From assembly GCF_000142905.1 (NCBI RefSeq), contig NW_013657572.1, forward strand, positions 1 to 5,481: a stretch of 5,481 nt of DNA, read 5' to 3'. Made by a program: the position numbers and the translations under genes. The DNA is from Thecamonas trahens ATCC 50062. Lineage: Eukaryota; Protista; Apusomonadida. The notes under the pieces were generated by a model. It saw only the letters and a program-made list of their open reading frames with translations. It did not search any database and was not told the DNA's origin. This document shows, piece after piece, positions 1 through 5,456 of the stretch. Each line of letters opens with the position of its first letter. Position 1 is the first letter of the stretch.

Positions 1-2
1 AC

Positions 3-1202
3 TATGACGAGGACGATGAGCACTTTGAAGGAGAACCTCCGACGCCATCAACCCGGGCGCCGCCGCGGGGTGAACGACGCAAACTGGTCAACCCGCGGCT
101 GGAAAAGCAGCTGGCGGCAGCCAAGGCCGCGTCCCCGCAAGCTATTGCCGCCGCGCAGGCCAAGGAGCACCAGGCAGCAATGGCTGCTCGCGACGCTGCT
201 GATGCTGCCGAAGCTGCTGCTGCCCAACAGGCTGCCGCCCAGCACCAACTCGCCGCCCAGCAGCAGCTACTACGCGAGCAGCAGGCCCAGATCGAGGCCC
301 ATCGAGCTCACATGCACCACATGCACCAAATGCACCAGCATCAACTTCACGCAATGTGGGGCCAGCTGCAGGCCCGTCCGCATCCGCAGGCTCTCCATCC
401 CGGCTACGTACCGCCTGGCCACGCCCATCCGCCCCCAGGCTACGTCGCAGCTCCGGCCCCGTCCAGCGCGCCGCCGCCCACCGACCCCATGGGCCGCATC
501 GGCGGCCCTGTGCAGCGGGTTGAAGTTGTACGCGGCTCCCGCACGTCGCGTCGCGAGAAGCGGGCGGCCAAGGCTGTCGCTCAAAAGCAGCAGCCGGCGT
601 CCGCCGCTCCCCCCGCAGCCCCGGCACCCGCAGCCGCGGCACTCCCGGAACGAGAGGCGCTCAAACAGGCTGCTCTCGCTGCTGTAGTCGCGGAACGGCC
701 CGAGCTCAAGGGCCTCACTCTCCACGAGCTCGAGCTCTTCCTCGCCTCACAGCTCCGCGATCCGTGGGAGGACGACTTTGAGGCCGAGATGCTGGCATCG
801 TCACGCCGCCCGCGAAAGGGCGCGGCCCCGACGCGTCCGCCGCGCAAAAGCAGTAGTGCGCTGGCTGGCATGGCCGCCACCCGCGGCGAGTCGAATCCAT
901 TTGACGCTGCCAGTCCCGCCGTTCCCAGCCGACGAACTGATACCGCTGCTGCCTCGGTCTCGACTCGCCGGCACGCCCGGCGAATGGACGCACTGAGCAA
1001 GCGACCGCCGCCGTCGCCGGTCATGACTCGGCGCGAACTGATGGACCACAACAAGCGCGAGCGCCAGGTGCGCAAAGCCCGCGTCCTCGCCTCAGTCAAC
1101 ACCACGCCTGGCCAACGAGGCCGAGGCCGTGGAAACCGGGCCACAAACCGCAGCCGTGGTCGCCAACCACGCCGCCGTGGTCGCGTCCGCGTCCAGCCGT
1201 AG
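3..1202 (+). CDS. 5'-truncated hypothetical protein (C-terminal ~399 aa visible), mostly disordered and rich in A/Q/H/P/R
   Basis: The frame of the listed 180..1202 ORF stays open back to position 3 (YDEDDEHFEGEPPTPSTRAPPRGERRKLVNPRLEKQLAAAKAASPQAIAAAQAKEHQAAM...), so ATG180 is internal. Stop is TAG at 1200-1202, after which composition switches abruptly to C/A-rich non-coding sequence. The protein has an Ala/Gln helical run, an MH(H/Q) repeat, a Pro-rich segment and a basic tail. No recognisable domain. Confidence 0.72.
   Translation, partial: YDEDDEHFEGEPPTPSTRAPPRGERRKLVNPRLEKQLAAAKAASPQAIAAAQAKEHQAAMAARDAADAAEAAAAQQAAAQHQLAAQQQLLREQQAQIEAHRAHMHHMHQMHQHQLHAMWGQLQARPHPQALHPGYVPPGHAHPPPGYVAAPAPSSAPPPTDPMGRIGGPVQRVEVVRGSRTSRREKRAAKAVAQKQQPASAAPPAAPAPAAAALPEREALKQAALAAVVAERPELKGLTLHELELFLASQLRDPWEDDFEAEMLASSRRPRKGAAPTRPPRKSSSALAGMAATRGESNPFDAASPAVPSRRTDTAAASVSTRRHARRMDALSKRPPPSPVMTRRELMDHNKRERQVRKARVLASVNTTPGQRGRGRGNRATNRSRGRQPRRRGRVRVQP
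312..338 (+). repeat. In-frame 9-bp tandem repeat ATGCACCA(C/A/G) x3, encoding MHH-MHQ-MHQ
   Basis: Read directly: ATGCACCAC ATGCACCAA ATGCACCAG, in frame with gene 1. Confidence 0.85.
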
Positions 1203-1227
1203 CCGAGATCAAGCCCAGCCCGACATC

Positions 1228-1253
1228 CCAAAGCTACACACCAAAGCTACACA
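1228..1253. repeat. Perfect 13-bp tandem duplication CCAAAGCTACACA x2
   Basis: 1228-1240 and 1241-1253 are identical. They start 25 bp after the gene 1 stop codon. Confidence 0.9.
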
Positions 1254-1319
1254 TCAGCCAGTCTGCATCCAACCAGCCAACCAAAACTGCTGCCGCTACC
1301 TCACCACATCAACTGCGCA

Positions 1320-1588
1320 CGCCCACTACGCGCACCATATCCAGCCACCGTCACCATGGCCACCACTACGCCCAAGCGCGCGCGCGCCCGCCGCCGCCGT
1401 CTCGCGCCGCAAACGTCTCATTGGCCAACCACCAAGCCAACTTGGCAAAAGCCAACGCACACACGGCCACACCCACACCCACGCCACCACCACCCCCAGC
1501 CAGCCACCCCCGGCCACCCCCCTCCACCTCTCTTCACATCCTCCCCCCTCCCACACCCACCACCCACCCTACTTCCCTTCACACAACC
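1320..1588 (+). promoter_or_regulatory. Probable promoter and 5' UTR of the guanylate kinase gene
   Basis: Assigned by position: it lies between two tandem + strand genes. It contains a CpG-rich patch (1376-1410), an inverted CCAAT (ATTGG, 1420-1424), repeated GCCAA/TTGGC words, and a C-rich G-free leader ending in ACAACC-ATG. The transcription start is not identifiable from sequence. Confidence 0.5.
1376..1399. repeat. (GC)6 followed directly by (CCG)4
   Basis: GCGCGCGCGCGC at 1376-1387 and CCGCCGCCGCCG at 1388-1399. Confidence 0.85.
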
Positions 1589-2335
1589 ATGCTGCGCTCG
1601 CTGACCAAGGTCATGGCTGCGGCCGGGGCAACGACGACCGGGTGGTACATCCTCACCTCGCGGAGCATGGCGTCTGCCACGGGCAACGGCAGCGATGGAG
1701 TGCCCCCTCCGCCTGCAGTCCGCCCGCTTGTGCTCTCTGGCCCATCTGGTGTGGGCAAGTCGTCCATGATCAAGCGGATTCTGGCAGAGAACCCGGGCTG
1801 CTTTGGCTTCTCCGTCTCCCACACCACCCGCAAGCCCCGGGCTGGTGAGGTTGATGGCGTCGACTACCACTACATCAGCAAGGACCAGATGGTGGCCGAT
1901 GTGGCCCGTGGCCTGTTCATTGAGTCAGCCACCTTCTCGGCAAACATGTACGGCACCTCCTTTGCTGCTGTCCAGTCGGTCGCTGAGAAGGGCAAGATCT
2001 GCATCCTCGACGTTGAGCTGCAGGGCGTGCTCGCCATCCGCGACTCGAACCTCGACGCCCGCATCGTCGTCGTCTTCCCGCCTTCCATGGAGGATCTGGA
2101 GACCCGGCTTCGCTCGCGCGGGACAGAGACCGAGGACGCTATCCAGCTCCGCCTCACCGCTGCCAAAGCAGACATGGCCTACATCCGCGAGCACAACATC
2201 GCCGACGTCATCATTGTCAACGACAACCTCGACGTCGCTATCAACGAGCTGATGGAGGTCGTTCAGGAGGACTTGATGGCGGTCAAGACCTACCACGCCG
2301 ATCTCAAGGCGCTCGGCCTCCCCGTACCCGAGTAA
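1589..2335 (+). CDS. GUK1: Guanylate kinase (GMP kinase, EC 2.7.4.8), 248 aa, with N-terminal extension
   Basis: P-loop RPLVLSGPSGVGKSS (GPSGVGKS at 1739-1762). GMP-binding signature FGFSVSHTTRKPRAGEVDGVDYHY. Also FIESATFSANMYGTS, ICILDVELQGV, LID region PPSMEDLETRLRSRGTETEDAIQLRL and C-terminal IIVNDNLD. Ser is retained in SVSHTTR, where non-catalytic MAGUK GK domains have Pro. First in-frame ATG is 1589 (ACC-ATG); the ORF track's 1421 start is a TTG in low-complexity DNA. Stop TAA at 2333-2335. Strong bias to C/G-ending codons. Confidence 0.96.
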   Translation: MLRSLTKVMAAAGATTTGWYILTSRSMASATGNGSDGVPPPPAVRPLVLSGPSGVGKSSMIKRILAENPGCFGFSVSHTTRKPRAGEVDGVDYHYISKDQMVADVARGLFIESATFSANMYGTSFAAVQSVAEKGKICILDVELQGVLAIRDSNLDARIVVVFPPSMEDLETRLRSRGTETEDAIQLRLTAAKADMAYIREHNIADVIIVNDNLDVAINELMEVVQEDLMAVKTYHADLKALGLPVPE

Positions 2336-2372
2336 AAAGTGACACGTCCTTGTTCGCTGCTGTGGCTGGCTT

Positions 2373-5300
2373 TTAGCTGCTTGGCGCCCATACCCGCGCC
2401 GTCTTGTCGGCCGACGACGACGCAAAGACCCCGTCGATCCGCGGGTGCCAAGCGACTTGGATGACTTTGCCGTCGTGCGCCTTGTAGCACCCCTGCGTCC
2501 GCAGTGACGTAGTGTCTGCCACCACCACGCATCCGTCGTACGAGCCGGTCAGCACGTAGCCCCCCTTGAGCGCCACAGACTTGATGGCATCGGTGTGCAG
2601 CGGAGCCGAGACGAGCGGCGCGCCCGCCACCATCCGGCGCATGTCGTGGAGCTCCAGGACGCCCGACGCGAGCCCGACGCCAACGAGGCTTCCGACCCGG
2701 CCGACGTCCAAGCCGTACACTTCATCGCTGAGATGCAGTGTCGAGACGAGCGGCACACTCGCACGCGCGTCCCACATCCGTACCGTCCCGTCGAGGCCAG
2801 CCGACACCACACCATGCTCCGGCTCGGTGCTTCCAACACCGCCGCGAACCGCGTACACGTGCCCAGTATGGCCCGCAAGCGTCGCCGACGCCACGCCAGT
2901 CCCGACGTCCCAAATCTTGACTTTGGCGCGTCCCGCACCGCCCGAGTACAAGACCGTCGATCCCGGCGCAAACGCCAGGTCGCGAACAGTCCCCGAGTGC
3001 CCGCGAAGGACGACCGTGGCCCGCGAGCTGGGCGCGTACACCTTGATCACCTTTGAGTTGGAGCCCGAGGCAATCAGCGCGGTCTGCGACGTGGCGGCAC
3101 CATGCCATGCCACACAGTACACCGAGCCCATGTGGTACTTGTCGAGCGTGGTGTCAAAGTCAAGGCGGCCGGGCATCTCGCCTGCGACTAGATCGCGCGG
3201 TGTGCGGCCAATAAGCAGCTTCTTCGAGTTGGTTCCCACCACAAGCCCGTCTCCGCTCACCTCGTCAAAGGAAATGCACCGGATGGCCTGCACGTCGCGG
3301 TAGAGGTAGGCGGGGCGAACGCGGTCAAAGATCGGGCGCGTCACCGGCTCGGGCGACCTCCCGCCTCCGGTCAGCTCCAGCGAGGCCAGGCCGGAAGGAA
3401 GCGGTGAGCTCTCCCTGGACCGTGAAGCCGCCATCGAAGGCCCTTCAGATGCAGCATCGCGGCTGGCGTCGACCGACGACCGCGCGGACGACGCCGTGTG
3501 CGGCCGCCGCGCCCGGACGGGCGACGGCGCACGGCCGAGCGAGTCACGAGCCGCGTTAAACTTGTGGGCCGTTGGCGACGACGCGTGCTGTGGCGAAGGC
3601 ACAACCGCAGAGCGCGGTGGGCGAGAGGCACGGACAGGCGAGTGGTCCTTGCTCCCGCCATCAACTTGCTTGACTTCGATTGACTTGCGGTTGGCAAGCT
3701 GGATCGAGTGGATGGCGTCCATGGTGTGGGCAAGCCAGGCCTCGGCCTTGGCCTCCTTAATCTGCTCACGCCGCGACCGCGGGTGGTCGGCGGCAGACAC
3801 CGGCGAGGCGGTTCCGACAGCAGCCATCGGGCCCTTACCGAGCAGCGCGCGCCCGTGTGCAGAGCGCGAGACTCGAGCTCGGGCTGGCGAGTCGCAGTCA
3901 GAGCGCTCGTTCTCTCGAGCGTGCTGGCGACGGGCATCGGAGCCAGTCCGCGGGCGGGCTCTGGTCTCGGCCGACGACTCGGGCGCGCCGGTCTTCCGGA
4001 CCGTTGATGCAGAGTGTGTCCGCCGCTGGGCCTTGGCGGCGGCTGCGCGCTCCTTGCGCGCCTGATCCTTGGCATTGAGCGACTGCTGCAGCTGCTTCAT
4101 CCGCCGCCGTTGGGCCTGGGTGAGATGCAGCGGGTCGCGGCCAGTATCAGAGCTGGCATCGATCGACGACGGCGAGCTCGGCGTCACGCGCGCAGCCTCA
4201 CGCTTGGCCGGCTGGCGCGACCGCTTGCGGTCGGTCCGGACCTTAGCCGGTGAGAGCGGCACAAACATTAGCTGCGACGAGAGCAGCGCGTCGTCAGATG
4301 CTGTCTCATCGCCTTCGTCGTCGTCACTGTGCGTGGCAACTTGGGCAGGAGTTGGCGTACTCGGCGCCGGCGTCGGCCTCGGTGCTGGAGCCGGCGATGG
4401 CACAGGCGGCGCAGAATCAGGAGGCGTGGTTGCCCCGGAAGCCGAGCGCATGTTGGGCGAGTTGGGCGAGGCAGGGGCGACTTCGTGGGCAAGCGAGGTC
4501 ATGGTTGGCGCGGCCATCGACTTTGCCAGGCGTCGACGGGCAGCAAAGGTGTCGCCGGACGGTGCAGCGGGCGATGCGGTCGGCGGCCCAGCTTGGGCCG
4601 GTGTGTTGTCGGCTGCCGGCCCGGGTGCGGTCCGCGGATTGGCGCGGGCCATCGACCGGAGCGCGCCCGACGGGAAGCACACCGTCGAGGCGGCGACGGC
4701 GGAAGTGAGCTCCTTGCGCCGGGCCGAGGCGAGCTTCGGCGGCTCGAGGGAGATCGTCGGCTCAAGGACCGGGCGAGAGGCAAGCGGATCCGCAGCCTCT
4801 GGCAGCTGCGGGGGCGCGAGGAGCGAGACGTAGGCTGGGAGGCGCGGACGGACCAAGCCCGAGTCGGAGGCTGCGGAGAGGCGAGCAATCTGATGCTGCA
4901 GTGCATGCGAGAGCAGGGTCTCCATCCGCTGCCGCGGCGGCGGCTCGGCACGGACAGCAACCGACTTGGACGGCGAGAAGAGCGAGAGCCGCGAGCCGTC
5001 GGGCCCGACAAGGACCAGAACGTCGAGGAGAGCGTCAAAGCAGCGGGCGCGACCACGGGCTGGTGACCAATCCGCATACTGCGGGGCAGCAGAGAGGTCG
5101 TCAAGAGTAAGCAAGAAGCAGAGCTCGTTGTACTCATCCTTGGACGAGACCGCGCGCAGGGCATCAAGGACTGCACCCACGGCAGCAGCATCAGGTGCGT
5201 CCTGCACGAACAGCAGCTCTAGCAAGCGCTGAGTCATAATCTCACGACAAGCAGCAACATATCCATCCTTCAACGAAGCCTCCAACGGAGCTAGATACGC

Positions 5301-5456
5301 CAGAGCAGTGTCAAACTCGCCATCTAGCACCAAGTCCCGTAGATAGAGCAAGTCGCGGGCACCTCGGGTGGCTGCCAGCGCCTCCTCCGACACCAGACCA
5401 GACTCTCTCTCCAGCTCCCTCAGCGCCCCAGCAAAGCCATGTTCCGCCAGAAACGA
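2373..5456 (-). CDS. WDR47: WD repeat-containing protein 47 (nemitin) orthologue: LisH + CTLH, long disordered linker, C-terminal WD40 propeller. Terminal exon of 1027 aa; 5' exon(s) outside the window
   Basis: The frame extends 21 codons above the listed GTG at 5393 and gives LisH-like SFLAEHGFAGALRELERESGL. Next come CTLH-like DLLYLRDLVLDGEFDTALAYLAPLE and SKDEYNELCFLLTLDDLSAAPQYADWSPARGRARCFD. These closely resemble animal WDR47 as I recall it (DMLFLRQLILDGQWD...; SKDDYSKLCLLLTL...DWNPSTARVHCF). The WD40 region (~3310-2376) has WDR47-type blades: DVQAIRCISF...VGTNSK, HMGSVYCVAW...ASGSNSK, GHSGTVRDLAF...SGGAG, GHTGHV, DGTVRMWD, LTGSYDG, HDGKVIQVAWH...SSSADKTARVW. Stop TAA at 2375-2373. Confidence 0.9.
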   Translation of the reverse strand, partial: SFLAEHGFAGALRELERESGLVSEEALAATRGARDLLYLRDLVLDGEFDTALAYLAPLEASLKDGYVAACREIMTQRLLELLFVQDAPDAAAVGAVLDALRAVSSKDEYNELCFLLTLDDLSAAPQYADWSPARGRARCFDALLDVLVLVGPDGSRLSLFSPSKSVAVRAEPPPRQRMETLLSHALQHQIARLSAASDSGLVRPRLPAYVSLLAPPQLPEAADPLASRPVLEPTISLEPPKLASARRKELTSAVAASTVCFPSGALRSMARANPRTAPGPAADNTPAQAGPPTASPAAPSGDTFAARRRLAKSMAAPTMTSLAHEVAPASPNSPNMRSASGATTPPDSAPPVPSPAPAPRPTPAPSTPTPAQVATHSDDDEGDETASDDALLSSQLMFVPLSPAKVRTDRKRSRQPAKREAARVTPSSPSSIDASSDTGRDPLHLTQAQRRRMKQLQQSLNAKDQARKERAAAAKAQRRTHSASTVRKTGAPESSAETRARPRTGSDARRQHARENERSDCDSPARARVSRSAHGRALLGKGPMAAVGTASPVSAADHPRSRREQIKEAKAEAWLAHTMDAIHSIQLANRKSIEVKQVDGGSKDHSPVRASRPPRSAVVPSPQHASSPTAHKFNAARDSLGRAPSPVRARRPHTASSARSSVDASRDAASEGPSMAASRSRESSPLPSGLASLELTGGGRSPEPVTRPIFDRVRPAYLYRDVQAIRCISFDEVSGDGLVVGTNSKKLLIGRTPRDLVAGEMPGRLDFDTTLDKYHMGSVYCVAWHGAATSQTALIASGSNSKVIKVYAPSSRATVVLRGHSGTVRDLAFAPGSTVLYSGGAGRAKVKIWDVGTGVASATLAGHTGHVYAVRGGVGSTEPEHGVVSAGLDGTVRMWDARASVPLVSTLHLSDEVYGLDVGRVGSLVGVGLASGVLELHDMRRMVAGAPLVSAPLHTDAIKSVALKGGYVLTGSYDGCVVVADTTSLRTQGCYKAHDGKVIQVAWHPRIDGVFASSSADKTARVWAPSS

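Noticed and set aside
4-687. 227-aa ORF starting at ATG4
   Set aside because: It is an alternative frame over gene 1, with the R/P/S/T/C-rich composition typical of an off-frame read. The frame at 3..1202 is longer, open from the window edge and more protein-like.
1350-1363. RFX X-box-like sequence GTCACCATGGCCAC
   Set aside because: It fits the ciliary theme but mismatches the key RGYAAC half-site (GGCCAC). It lies upstream of a housekeeping kinase rather than WDR47, and RFX presence in the host is unknown.
1421-1588. 56-codon N-terminal extension of GUK1 from TTG1421
   Set aside because: Non-ATG start in a eukaryote. The P/T/H-rich translation just reflects C/A-rich non-coding DNA that lacks stop codons.
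1203-1588. CRISPR array, telomeric repeat, tRNA/ncRNA or transposon end in the C/A-rich spacer
   Set aside because: No regular repeat-spacer period, no fixed telomere unit, no cloverleaf or A/B boxes, and no terminal inverted repeats or transposase. G scarcity precludes extensive RNA structure.
1129-1848. 239-aa + strand ORF bridging gene 1 and GUK1
   Set aside because: GTG start, out-of-frame overlap with two better-supported genes, low complexity, no motifs.
1589-2335. MAGUK-type scaffold GK domain or PhnN-like kinase
   Set aside because: The P-loop is intact, Ser (not Pro) precedes HTTR, the GMP-binding and LID motifs are complete, and there is no PDZ or SH3 domain. It is a standalone enzyme.
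2549-5232. Many 60-250 aa ORFs antisense to or off-frame within WDR47, and similar ones over gene 1 and GUK1
   Set aside because: Expected shadow ORFs in high-GC coding DNA where stop codons are rare. None has a recognisable motif.
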